Notes: generated by a model not told the origin, from the letters alone. A stretch of DNA of 50,768 bases from Lachnoclostridium sp. UBA7122 (GCA_002493085.1 DKXQ01000261.1:340-51107), one strand, 5' to 3'. Positions 19,686-29,629 are shown, counted from the stretch's first letter. Program-made: numbers and translations.

Positions 19686-21095
19686 ATGAAACAGATAACA
19701 CCAGCAAAACTTGCCACAGTGTGCAATGGTATATACTATGGCAGTGAAAAAGTAAAAGATACAGAAATATCTTCTATAACAATAGACAGCCGTAATATTA
19801 CTACTGGCGGGCTTTTTATTGCTATAAAAGGCGCACGTACTGATGGCAATAAATTTATACTGGATATGTATAATGCTGGTGCAGCCTGTTGTATTTCTGA
19901 ACTGGAGCCAGCAGATGCTTTCAGTATAAGTGCTGGCAGCAGCAGGGGGATTCTGCAGGAGAAAGCTTTTATACAGGTGGAATCATGCTACCAGGCATTA
20001 AAGGATATTGCAGGATATTACAGAACGGTCTGTGGAGCTAGGATTATAGGCATAACAGGAAGTGTTGGCAAAACTACTACAAAAGAAATGATAGCTTCAG
20101 TACTTTCAGAGCATTTTAATACATTAAAGACCCAGGGCAATTATAACAACGAAGTAGGCGTACCACTTACACTGTTCAGGCTTCGTGAAGAACATGAAAT
20201 TGCAGTTGTAGAGATGGGCATAAGTGAGTTTGGGGAAATGACAAGGCTAAGCCAGATTGCCAGGCCTGATATATGTGTTATAACAAATATTGGCCAGTGC
20301 CATCTTGAAACTCTTGGTGACAGGAATGGTGTTTTAAGGGCAAAGACAGAGATTTTTTCATATATGCAGGAGAATGGCACAGTTTATCTTAACGGTGATG
20401 ATGACAAGCTTAAACAGATAAAAGAAGTAAATGGGAAAAAGCCTGTCTATTATGGTCTGGACAAAACCTGTGATGTATTTGCAGACAATATAATAAATGA
20501 TGGTCTTAATGGTGTCTATTTTGATGCAGTAACAAGCGGCAGCAGGATACCAGTACATGTGGCAGTGCCAGGCATACATATGGTGTCAGATGCCCTTGCA
20601 TCTGTTGCAATAGCTACAGGCCTTGGCATGAAGGCAGAAGAAATTGCAACAGGCATAAGTAAATTCACACCTGTAGGAGGCCATAGCAATATTATAAAAA
20701 CAGACAAGTTTATTATAATGGATGACTGTTATAACGCAAATCCTGTGTCAATGAAAGCTGCAATAGATGTGCTTGCAAGTGCCAGAGGCAGAAAAGTCGC
20801 TATAATAGGTGATATGTTTGAACTTGGCACCAACGAAAAAATGCTCCACTATGATATAGGTGCATATGCCGTAAAAAAAGACATTGACTGTATAGTATGC
20901 GCAGGAACTCTTGCAAAACAATATGTTGCAGGAGCACTTGCAATAGACGGAAACCACAATGTACTGTACTATGAAAATACAGAAAAAGCATTGGATATGA
21001 TTAAAAGCATTGTAAAAAAAGGTGATTCCATACTTATTAAAGCATCACATGCAATGGAATTTGAAAAGATTGTAGCAGTTTTAACCCCCGCCTGA
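19686..21095 (+). CDS. murF: UDP-N-acetylmuramoyl-tripeptide--D-Ala-D-Ala ligase
   Basis: IDSR, GITGSVGKTTTKE, NNEVGVP, DDCYNANP, GDMFELG, IKASH. Confidence 0.95.
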   Translation: MKQITPAKLATVCNGIYYGSEKVKDTEISSITIDSRNITTGGLFIAIKGARTDGNKFILDMYNAGAACCISELEPADAFSISAGSSRGILQEKAFIQVESCYQALKDIAGYYRTVCGARIIGITGSVGKTTTKEMIASVLSEHFNTLKTQGNYNNEVGVPLTLFRLREEHEIAVVEMGISEFGEMTRLSQIARPDICVITNIGQCHLETLGDRNGVLRAKTEIFSYMQENGTVYLNGDDDKLKQIKEVNGKKPVYYGLDKTCDVFADNIINDGLNGVYFDAVTSGSRIPVHVAVPGIHMVSDALASVAIATGLGMKAEEIATGISKFTPVGGHSNIIKTDKFIIMDDCYNANPVSMKAAIDVLASARGRKVAIIGDMFELGTNEKMLHYDIGAYAVKKDIDCIVCAGTLAKQYVAGALAIDGNHNVLYYENTEKALDMIKSIVKKGDSILIKASHAMEFEKIVAVLTPA

Positions 21096-21120
21096 AAAGG
21101 CGGGAGTATTCCTGCCAGTT
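21084..21120 (+). repeat. Second REP / IS200-IS605-end-like hairpin, overlapping the murF stop codon
   Basis: CCCGCCT-GAAA-AGGCGGG then AGTATTCCTGCCAGTT, similar to the tail of the 19632 element; no U-tract. Confidence 0.6.
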
Positions 21121-21272
21121 AAATATATCAGTAACATTCTATAATAATTCTAAATTCTTCCATATTCTTAATAACTAAATCTGTTCATTTATCATATGTC
21201 TGTTATAGCACATTTTACTATTTTTTAAGCTGGAATAAATAAGAGGCTTTAGCAGTTTTGCTGAAACATAGC

Positions 21273-21301
21273 TTTACATACAGTATAAAAAGTTGTATAA
21301 T
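21273..21301 (+). promoter_or_regulatory. Sigma-A type promoter of the PBP1A gene
   Basis: TTTACA-N17-TATAAT. Confidence 0.7.
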
Positions 21302-21369
21302 TATTATATAATAACTTTAAGATAACAGCAATTTTATACTACAAATGCACTATGGAGGAAACTGCTTAT

Positions 21370-23631
21370 ATGAAGGATAGCATTAAAATGGCCGCCAGTA
21401 TAACTGGCCGTTTAATACAGATAATACTAAGTATTGCAGGAAACTATATTGGAATTTTATTTAGTATTATTGGAACTGCATTAAGGGTTATTGCACTTGC
21501 TTTTACAATTATTATTATTGCAGGCATATGTATATATGTAAAAGTGCTTCCTATATTTACAGAGGTAAGGGAAGAAGTGTTCGACAAAATGGTAAATCTG
21601 GATGAGGATGATTTTACTATGAAAGAGGACACACTGGTTTATGACAGCAAAGGAAATACTGTAGGTTCTGTTAATGCCGGGCGGTTTAAGTATGTGCCGG
21701 TGAATGAAATTTCACCATATATATACAATGGTTATATCGCTGTTGAGGACAGGCGTTTTAAAACCCATGGTGGTGTAGATATTGTTGCAACGCTGCGTGC
21801 TGGAATTACTCTTTTGAAAAACCATATGGAGATTACCCAGGGCGGAAGTACAATTACCCAGCAGATAATAAAAAATAACCTGCTTACACAGGATAAAAGC
21901 TATACAAGAAAGATGGCAGAGATTATGCTTGCACCTGCTGTAGAGGCAAAGTTTACAAAGGCACAGATAATGGAATACTATTGCAATACTAATTATTATG
22001 GTTACAGGTGTTATGGCATAGGAGCGGCCAGCAGATACTATTTCAGAAAAGAGGCATCAGAGCTTAAACCACATGAAGCAGCACTTTTAATATCACTTTC
22101 AAATAACCCGTCTGCATATGACCCTGTTAATAATCCAGAAGATGCTTTGGATAAAAGGAACAGTGTTTTAGAGACAATGTATAAAGAGGGTGTTATAAGT
22201 GAAAAGCAATATAAAACTGCTGTTAAAAAGAAGTTAAAGGTAAAGCAGTATTCAGAAGAGATTGAGAATGAAAGCTATGTGGTAAGCTATGCTATACATT
22301 GCGCTGCCAATGCACTTATGGAAGAAGAAAATTTTGGATATAAATATATTTTTAAGGATAAAAGCGCATATAAAAAGTATAAAGAAAAGTATTCAAAAGT
22401 GTATAACGAAAAGTGTGAAGATATACGGTCAGGCGGTTATAAAATCTATACTTCAATAAATATGAAAAAGCAGAAAAAGCTTCAAAAGTCAGTTGACGAC
22501 GGGCTTGCATATAGTACTGAAAAGGATTCTGAAACAGGCAAATATGCATTGCAGGGTGCTGCAGTCTGTATTAATAATAAGACTAATTATGTTGTGGCAA
22601 TAACAGGAGGACGCGGCAAAGATGATGAGTTTAACAGGGCATACCTTTCTGCAAGACAGTCAGGAAGTGCAATAAAGCCACTGTTAGACTATGCACCTGG
22701 GTTTGAATCAGGTATATTTTCACCATCCACAATTGTTGATGACCACCAGTTTGAGGACGGACCTGATAATTCAGGTGATGTCTACTATGGAGATATAAGC
22801 ATAAGGGAGGCTGTTGCAAGGTCGCTTAATACTGTTGCATGGCAGGTATTTGAGGAAATTACTCCGGAATATGGCATGTCCTATCTTGAAAAACTGCGTT
22901 TCCGCAACTTAAGTTATATAGACAATGGCAATCTGTCACTTTCACTTGGAGGTTTTACTGAAGGTGTGCGTGTTGTGGATATGGCTAAGGGCTATGCTAC
23001 ACTTGCCAATAATGGAAGTTACAGTAACAGGACATGCATTAAAAAGATAGAAACTGCTGCAGATGGTATAATCTATAAAAATACTAATAATAAAACACAA
23101 GTATTTACAGAAGATGCTGCATGGATGATGACAGATGTATTAAGAGGCGTAATCGAAGAATCTTATGGAACAGGACATTCTCTGCAGCTTGACGGAGACC
23201 AGATTTGTGCAGGCAAGACAGGCACTACTAATTCAAGTAAAGATGTATGGTTCTGTGGGTATACGAAATACTATACAACAGTTGTATGGGCTGGATATGA
23301 TACTCCAAGGGAAATGCCAGGAATTACAGGTGCTTCGCTTCCGGGTGTTATATGGAAAGATTATATGGATAAGATACATACTGGACTTGAACCAGCTGGA
23401 TTTACAATACCTGGAACTATTTCACTTGCAGAGTATGACAGTGACGGCAGGAGAATTGAAGGTACTTCAATAGAGCCAGACCCAGATGAAGAGCGTCCAT
23501 ATGGAATGGACTATTTTTCTAATGTAATACATGGTGAAGAATATTCAAGGGATGATGAAACATCTGGCGGTGAGGCACCAGAAGATGAAGACGCATCTGT
23601 TGATGATGGCTTTCAAGATTACGAATATTAG
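21370..23631 (+). CDS. Class A penicillin-binding protein (PBP1A family, transglycosylase-transpeptidase)
   Basis: EDRRFKTHGGVD, GGSTITQQ, RKMAE; SAIK, SLN, KTG; acidic tail; GGAGG favours ATG 21370 (ORF track 21352). Confidence 0.93.
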   Translation: MKDSIKMAASITGRLIQIILSIAGNYIGILFSIIGTALRVIALAFTIIIIAGICIYVKVLPIFTEVREEVFDKMVNLDEDDFTMKEDTLVYDSKGNTVGSVNAGRFKYVPVNEISPYIYNGYIAVEDRRFKTHGGVDIVATLRAGITLLKNHMEITQGGSTITQQIIKNNLLTQDKSYTRKMAEIMLAPAVEAKFTKAQIMEYYCNTNYYGYRCYGIGAASRYYFRKEASELKPHEAALLISLSNNPSAYDPVNNPEDALDKRNSVLETMYKEGVISEKQYKTAVKKKLKVKQYSEEIENESYVVSYAIHCAANALMEEENFGYKYIFKDKSAYKKYKEKYSKVYNEKCEDIRSGGYKIYTSINMKKQKKLQKSVDDGLAYSTEKDSETGKYALQGAAVCINNKTNYVVAITGGRGKDDEFNRAYLSARQSGSAIKPLLDYAPGFESGIFSPSTIVDDHQFEDGPDNSGDVYYGDISIREAVARSLNTVAWQVFEEITPEYGMSYLEKLRFRNLSYIDNGNLSLSLGGFTEGVRVVDMAKGYATLANNGSYSNRTCIKKIETAADGIIYKNTNNKTQVFTEDAAWMMTDVLRGVIEESYGTGHSLQLDGDQICAGKTGTTNSSKDVWFCGYTKYYTTVVWAGYDTPREMPGITGASLPGVIWKDYMDKIHTGLEPAGFTIPGTISLAEYDSDGRRIEGTSIEPDPDEERPYGMDYFSNVIHGEEYSRDDETSGGEAPEDEDASVDDGFQDYEY

Positions 23632-23644
23632 AAGGAGATTTTGA

Positions 23645-23953
23645 ATGGAGAGTTTAGAAGATAATAATAATGCTGTTAATGCAGACACAAAAGCTGCACG
23701 TATGCGTTTTATAAGAGCTGCTGAGGTTGGCAGATGGTTCCAGACTATATGCTGGCTTAATATTCCTGTAATTGGTTTTTTTTACCTGATTGTCCTGCTA
23801 ATCAGCAAAAATACATCCAGACACAGGAAAAACTTCATTCTTGGCTATTTTTTGTACAAGCTTCTTGTATGGACTCTTGCAATAATTCTTATATATAGTC
23901 TTTATAAGATGGGAATTGATTTTATAGATGGCATGTTAAGATATGTAGAGTAG
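23645..23953 (+). CDS. Small hypothetical membrane protein (2 TM)
   Basis: SD AAGGAG; WLNIPVIGFFYLIV and a second hydrophobic helix. Confidence 0.75.
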   Translation: MESLEDNNNAVNADTKAARMRFIRAAEVGRWFQTICWLNIPVIGFFYLIVLLISKNTSRHRKNFILGYFLYKLLVWTLAIILIYSLYKMGIDFIDGMLRYVE

Positions 23954-24006
23954 AATTAACGTTGATAGTAACGGATATTTTATGAAAGGGAGGAATTAAA
24001 CAGACA

Positions 24007-25425
24007 ATGAGAAAAACAAAAATCATATGTACATTAGGACCGTCAACAAAGAAAGACAATGTTTTACGTGAGCTTATGTTAAATGGGATGAATACTGCCA
24101 GGATTAACTTTTCGCATGGCACAAGAGAAGCACATCTGGAAACAATTAATGAAGTTAAAAAGCTTCGTGAAGAATTAAATCTTCCTATTGCCATATTGCT
24201 TGACACAAGCGGGCCTGAAATAAGGCTTGGAGATTTTGCCAGTGGAAAGGCAGAGTTAGAAAGCGGAAATCTTTTTACACTTACATCCAGGGATGTAGAA
24301 GGTACAGAAAAGGAAGCTTCCATAACATACAAAGGCTTGTCAAAAGACATAGAAAAAGGAACAATTATCCTTATAGATGATGGTCTTATAAAGATGGAAG
24401 CAGAAGAAGTAACTGATACAGATATTGTGTGCCGTGTATTAAACGGAGGCACTGTGTCAAACCACAAGGGCATCAATGTACCTAATGTCAATATCAGTAT
24501 GCCATATATCAGTGAAAAGGACAGGCTGGATATTATATTTGGCATAGATAATGGTCTTGACTATATTGCTGCATCATTTGTAAGAAGCGCAGATGATGTA
24601 CTTCAGATAAGAAAGATTTTTGAAGAAAAAGGATGTAACAATATCAAAATAATTTCAAAAATCGAGAACAGGCAGGGCGTTGACAATATCGATGAAATTC
24701 TTGAAGTTTCTGATGGCATAATGATTGCAAGAGGGGATATGGGTGTAGAAATCCCACTGCAGGAAGTTCCTGTTATACAGAAAAAGATTATCAAAAAGGT
24801 ATATAATGCAGATAAAATAGTAATTACAGCTACACAGATGCTTGATTCAATGATTAAGAATCCAAGGCCTACAAGAGCAGAAGCTACAGATGTTGCCAAT
24901 GCAATATATGATGGCACAAGCGCTATAATGCTTTCAGGAGAAACAGCAGCAGGAAATTATCCTGTAGAAGCGTTGAAAACTATGGTTGATATAACAAAAT
25001 GTGCAGAAGAAGACATAGATTATAAAAAGAAGTTTAAAATACTTGCTAAAATGGATACTCCTAATGTGACAGATGCCATATCACATGCTACATGTATGAC
25101 AGCAATGGATATTAATGCTGCTGCCATAATTACTATTACTAAAGAGGGTGGCACGGCACGCATGATTTCAAGATACCGTCCTTATTCACCAATAATAGGA
25201 TGTACACCATTAAAAAAGACGTTCTACCAGATGGGATTATCATGGGGTGTTACACCTGTTATGATTAATGAAGAGACAGATACAGAAGAACTGTTTATTA
25301 ATTCGATAAAGGCAGCACAGCAGAATGGCTATATAGAAAAAGGTGAAACTGCTGTAATAACTGCTGGCGTACCGCTTGGCATATCAGGAACTACTAATAT
25401 TATAAGGGTTATGACAGCAGAGTAA
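24007..25425 (+). CDS. pyk: Pyruvate kinase
   Basis: RKTKIICTLGP, RINFSHG, KIEN, MIARGDMGVE, ATQMLDSM, PTRAEATD. Confidence 0.97.
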   Translation: MRKTKIICTLGPSTKKDNVLRELMLNGMNTARINFSHGTREAHLETINEVKKLREELNLPIAILLDTSGPEIRLGDFASGKAELESGNLFTLTSRDVEGTEKEASITYKGLSKDIEKGTIILIDDGLIKMEAEEVTDTDIVCRVLNGGTVSNHKGINVPNVNISMPYISEKDRLDIIFGIDNGLDYIAASFVRSADDVLQIRKIFEEKGCNNIKIISKIENRQGVDNIDEILEVSDGIMIARGDMGVEIPLQEVPVIQKKIIKKVYNADKIVITATQMLDSMIKNPRPTRAEATDVANAIYDGTSAIMLSGETAAGNYPVEALKTMVDITKCAEEDIDYKKKFKILAKMDTPNVTDAISHATCMTAMDINAAAIITITKEGGTARMISRYRPYSPIIGCTPLKKTFYQMGLSWGVTPVMINEETDTEELFINSIKAAQQNGYIEKGETAVITAGVPLGISGTTNIIRVMTAE

Positions 25426-25447
25426 AAATAGCAGAACTACTAATATT

Positions 25448-25490
25448 TATAGTACATGGATGTCATTTTAGATAGTATCCATGTACTATA
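25448..25490. terminator. Probable bidirectional terminator between pyk and the MCP gene
   Basis: 14-bp perfect IR TATAGTACATGGAT / ATCCATGTACTATA between convergent genes. Confidence 0.7.
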
Positions 25491-25509
25491 TTTTACTTTA
25501 GATATACAT

Positions 25510-27222
25510 CTAAGATATATTAAAAACTTCAACCTTCTTTTTCATATCTTGTGAAAGCCCGTTTAATGCCTTTGTCTTTTCTACTATATGTGCAATACTT
25601 GTATAAACAGTTTTAATTTCTTCCATAATTTCTTCTACACTTGCTGTATTTTCCTCAGAAATGGCAGATGAATTCTGGACTATGGATACTGTATCTGCAC
25701 GCACGCTCTCTAGTATCCCGAATTTCTGTTTAACTATTTTCATTCCATCTACAGTATTTTTTACACCAGCCTGGGCATGTCCAAAACTTTCAATAGCTGT
25801 TTTAAAGTCTTCTGTCTGCTTTTTAAGTATGTTTTTGGTTTCCTCTACACGTTCCAAGGTCTGGGAAGAATGTGTGTTTAATGTAGTAACTATTTCTTTA
25901 ATCTCTTTTGCTGCTGTATTTGACTGCTCTGAAAGCTGCTGGATTTCTGCTGCCACAACAGCAAAGCCTTTTCCATGTTCACCTGCTCTTGCCGCCTCGA
26001 TACTTGCATTGAGTGAGAGAAGATTTGTCTGTGAGGCAATATTTGTAATTAATTCTGTAGCAGAACTGATTTTTGCAGCAGAGCCATTAGTCAGTCTTGT
26101 CTGTTCTTCAAGAAAATACATAGATTCATGCACATTAGCCATTACATGATCCATTTCTCCAAGCTGCTGCACGGCATATCTGGTTACTTCATCCATAGTA
26201 TTAGAAATACCGCTTAACTTGGTGATTTCGTTTCCATTTTCTTTAATCAGTTCTCCCATAGCGGTTACATTGGAATCTGCCTGTACAGCGTCTGCAGACT
26301 GCTGGCTGCTGCTGGTAGCGATTTCCTGCACAGAATGGCTGATTGCTTCCATGACATTACAGGCTTCTTCCGTAATTTGTTTCAGTGAATCTGATGCTTC
26401 ATGTACATAATCACTTTGGAAGCAGATGTCTGTGATAGTGGATTTTAACCTGTCCCTGAGATTGACAATACTTTTGCCAATTCCGCCAATTTCATCACTG
26501 CGTCTGAGAATCCCATCTTCTATCTGGATATTTAGTTTTCCCTGTGAAATATCACTTAGGTATCCCATACTTTTTTTAAGGGAAATAGCTATATTACTTA
26601 CAATCCAGTATACTACTATAGCAGCAAAAACCATGCCAGCAAATATAAGAACCAGAAGCTTAAGTTTTGCCTTGTTAATGATTTTTAAAATAGTGTACTG
26701 TGGTGTTCCAAGAAATATCATACCAACAGGTGTACTGCTTTCTTCCTGATAAAAAGGAGCATAGTAGACAACATACTTTGTCCCGAGAATATCGACATTC
26801 TTGTTTTTATATGATTTTCCTTCCTTTAGGACATGCTGCACAACTTCAGGGGATGCTGTTGTGCCTGTCTGTCTGCTGCCATTGTTATCTGTTATTGATG
26901 TAAGTATGCGGGTGTCATTCCAGAAAATGGTTACTTCTAAACCAGTATTTTCCTTGATATGGTCAACAATGCCATATGCCTGTGAGATATTCAGCCTGTT
27001 TCCTTTCCAAAGTTCCCCATTAGTATTCATTGTATAAGGCCCGTCATAGCTGGTTTCAAAAATATCCCGTACTGCCAGTGTGGTAGCCTGCATGCCAATA
27101 TATGCTTCATCATAAATTCCATTTGTAATGCAGTTTGTTGCAACAAGAAACATGCTGATTCCAAGAATGACTAATGGAAGCAGTGAAAGTGCAAGAATTT
27201 TTCCTTTTAATTTTAACCTCAT
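25510..27222 (-). CDS. Methyl-accepting chemotaxis protein with extracellular Cache domain and HAMP
   Basis: TM-Cache ([13 protein letters not shown])-TM-HAMP (RSDEIG), signalling tip [27 protein letters not shown]; SD AAAGGA favours ATG 27222. Confidence 0.93.
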   Translation of the reverse strand: MRLKLKGKILALSLLPLVILGISMFLVATNCITNGIYDEAYIGMQATTLAVRDIFETSYDGPYTMNTNGELWKGNRLNISQAYGIVDHIKENTGLEVTIFWNDTRILTSITDNNGSRQTGTTASPEVVQHVLKEGKSYKNKNVDILGTKYVVYYAPFYQEESSTPVGMIFLGTPQYTILKIINKAKLKLLVLIFAGMVFAAIVVYWIVSNIAISLKKSMGYLSDISQGKLNIQIEDGILRRSDEIGGIGKSIVNLRDRLKSTITDICFQSDYVHEASDSLKQITEEACNVMEAISHSVQEIATSSSQQSADAVQADSNVTAMGELIKENGNEITKLSGISNTMDEVTRYAVQQLGEMDHVMANVHESMYFLEEQTRLTNGSAAKISSATELITNIASQTNLLSLNASIEAARAGEHGKGFAVVAAEIQQLSEQSNTAAKEIKEIVTTLNTHSSQTLERVEETKNILKKQTEDFKTAIESFGHAQAGVKNTVDGMKIVKQKFGILESVRADTVSIVQNSSAISEENTASVEEIMEEIKTVYTSIAHIVEKTKALNGLSQDMKKKVEVFNIS

Positions 27223-27250
27223 CCCAATATGTTCCTTTCTATAATTACAA

Positions 27251-27314
27251 GGCATGTCTGAAAAGCGGTTTATGTAAGTTTAATTGAGCTAAAGTTTTAA
27301 TTTCCAGACATGCC
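27251..27314. mobile_element. Miniature inverted-repeat element remnant (64 bp)
   Basis: Terminal IRs GGCATGTCTGAAAA / TTTCCAGACATGCC (13 of 14 match) around a 36-bp spacer. Confidence 0.45.
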
Positions 27315-27374
27315 CTGATACTGATTATACATGTTTTAATATTATATTGGATTTTGTTTTTTCGCAAAAAATGG

Positions 27375-28715
27375 TCAATTTTTCACACTTGGGAATTTAG
27401 CAAACATAGTAATTGAAAATATTCCTTCTTCACAGCGGCAGCCTATAGTGCCTTTGATATTATTAGAAAAAGCAGATATGCTCTGCATGCCAAGGCCATG
27501 TTTTGGACCTCTCTGGCTCTTAGGAAGCCCGGTAACAGCATCTATAATAACAGGTTTTTTGCATGGATTCTGCAGATGAATAAGCAGGTGCTGTTCATCA
27601 CACTGGATTTTAATATCTACAATTCTTTGTTCCTTTTCATAGTCTTTTACATTAAACAGTGCATTTTCAGCCAGATTAGCAATGACTGCTGTAAATTCAT
27701 AGTCATTAACTGGAATTTTCTTTGATACCCTGGCGTCCAGATGCATATCAATGGAAAGAGAGGCAGCTTTTTTCATAATTTTAGAAAGAATTGTATTTAC
27801 CAGCATATTGCTACAATATTTCTGCACCCGGCTGGCATCTGTCACACAGTGTATATGTGCAGTAATATTATGGATTTCTTCATATTCTCCCTGTTTAAGA
27901 AGAGCATCAATCATTCCACAGTAATGCCGCATATCATGGCGCAGGATTTTTAAATTTTTTTCTGATTGTTTAATTAATTCATACTGGTCTTCCAGATTTT
28001 TGATATGGGATTCAAAAAGTATATTTTTCCAGTATATATCCGATTTTTTGCCTTCACTTTCTACGTAGCGCAGCACAACAATATAAGATACAAACATTGT
28101 AATTATTAAAAACAGGATTCCAGGAATATTTTTTGGATTTTCATCTAATGTATATGGAAAATATGCTATAAATGTAAAAGTACAATAAAAAAATACAGGA
28201 ATCAGACACAGTTCCCACCAGTTTTGTGTAAAATGGGGTTTTGTTTTTGCACCATAGCCATAAGAAGCAGAATTGGTAACTTGTGTAAGCCATATTTTCC
28301 GGATTTTAATATACAGGATAAGCAGGATAACAAAATGGATTAGAAAACTTCCTGCCAGAGATAAAAGTGTATCTTTAGTATAATAGTACAGGGTGGTTGC
28401 TGAAATAGCACCAGCAATTACATAATTAGAGGAACTAAGCCCCATAAATAAAACTTTGCTGGTTCTATTTTCAGAAATAAATATGTTAGAAGACTGTGTA
28501 ACGATAATCTGGAATATTGTTACAATCACATAACATAGATTACTGTCTGGAAAGAAATTTAATTTGAGGGAGTCTGCAATAGTTATAATTAAAAAAGAAA
28601 AAAAGCAGATTCCCGCAGTTACAAGTCTTGAATAACGGTGTATATTGAATAAATAGATGAATAAGAATAAAAATACATGGCTCATCATATATGAAATGTT
28701 TTTAAAGTCTTCCAT
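27375..28715 (-). CDS. Multi-TM GHKL sensor histidine kinase (AgrC/VirS-like)
   Basis: About six TM helices, H-box LRHDMRH, NLAENA, HGLGMQSI. Confidence 0.88.
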   Translation of the reverse strand: MEDFKNISYMMSHVFLFLFIYLFNIHRYSRLVTAGICFFSFLIITIADSLKLNFFPDSNLCYVIVTIFQIIVTQSSNIFISENRTSKVLFMGLSSSNYVIAGAISATTLYYYTKDTLLSLAGSFLIHFVILLILYIKIRKIWLTQVTNSASYGYGAKTKPHFTQNWWELCLIPVFFYCTFTFIAYFPYTLDENPKNIPGILFLIITMFVSYIVVLRYVESEGKKSDIYWKNILFESHIKNLEDQYELIKQSEKNLKILRHDMRHYCGMIDALLKQGEYEEIHNITAHIHCVTDASRVQKYCSNMLVNTILSKIMKKAASLSIDMHLDARVSKKIPVNDYEFTAVIANLAENALFNVKDYEKEQRIVDIKIQCDEQHLLIHLQNPCKKPVIIDAVTGLPKSQRGPKHGLGMQSISAFSNNIKGTIGCRCEEGIFSITMFAKFPSVKN

Positions 28716-28725
28716 GGTTTCGTTC

Positions 28726-29460
28726 CTAACTATAGTATTCTGAAATAAAGGAAAGATATCTGTTCCTGGTCTCTGATGTCCGTTTCTGGCTTATAGGGAT
28801 AAAAGCCCCGCTTTCCATTACTATATGGTTTCTTGATAACTGTTGTACATGCTTTAAATTGACCATAAAAGATTTGTGGACCTGGAAAAACTGCTGGTCA
28901 TTTGCTAGTCCGGCAATCTCTTCATCAAAAGACCCTCTTATAAATATGCTATTAAGAATCTTTCCATCAGTCATATGTACCCTTAGTGTCCGGGAGGAAT
29001 TTTCAATATATTCAATTTTGGAGTAAGGGATAGAAAACAATCCTTCCCGGGTTTTTAGCATATATGTAGCATCTGTTTTTGTTTTTGTATAAGCAATAGC
29101 ATAGTGGAATGCTTCAAATGCCTTTTCCTGGATAACTGGCTTAAGCAGATACCGGACGGCATGTACATCATATGCTTCCAGTGCAAAATCATCAGAGACA
29201 GTGATATAGATAATTGCTGATTCATTGCCAAGGTTTCTAAGCTGTCTGCCAATATCAATCCCAGTCCTGGGAGCCATAATCATATCAAGTATATATATGT
29301 CTGCCAGTTTATTTTCCTGTATTTTTCTGGATAGCTGGGATGCGTCAGAAAATTTTTCTATATCCAGATATATGCCTTGGTGGCAGTCCTGGTATGCAAG
29401 TAACAATTTTTCTATGTCCGACAGGTCCTGAAGGCTGTCATCACAGATTACGATTTTCAT
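28726..29460 (-). CDS. LytTR-family response regulator (AgrA/VirR-like)
   Basis: MKIVICDD, ILDMIM, YLLKP; LytTR FFQVHKSFMVNL; SD GAGGA favours ATG 29460. Confidence 0.92.
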   Translation of the reverse strand: MKIVICDDSLQDLSDIEKLLLAYQDCHQGIYLDIEKFSDASQLSRKIQENKLADIYILDMIMAPRTGIDIGRQLRNLGNESAIIYITVSDDFALEAYDVHAVRYLLKPVIQEKAFEAFHYAIAYTKTKTDATYMLKTREGLFSIPYSKIEYIENSSRTLRVHMTDGKILNSIFIRGSFDEEIAGLANDQQFFQVHKSFMVNLKHVQQLSRNHIVMESGAFIPISQKRTSETRNRYLSFISEYYS

Positions 29461-29572
29461 GAGTGTTTCCTCAAAAATTAGATTGTATTTCATAAACATG
29501 CAATATTTTATCACAATTTTTATTAAAAAGCAATTATGAGTATGCAACTGGATAGTGCAACTTGTCTTTTGC

Positions 29573-29600
29573 GAATAATTACAGAATCACTGCATATATT
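29573..29600 (+). promoter_or_regulatory. Sigma-E-like sporulation promoter
   Basis: GAATAAT-N13-CATATATT upstream of the amidase. Confidence 0.5.
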
Positions 29601-29629
29601 ATCTGGAACAATGTAACCGGAGGAACTAT

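Noticed and set aside
29543-29562. TGCAACT direct repeat as LytTR binding site
   Set aside because: 13-bp period does not fit the usual ~21-bp LytTR repeat period; too short to support
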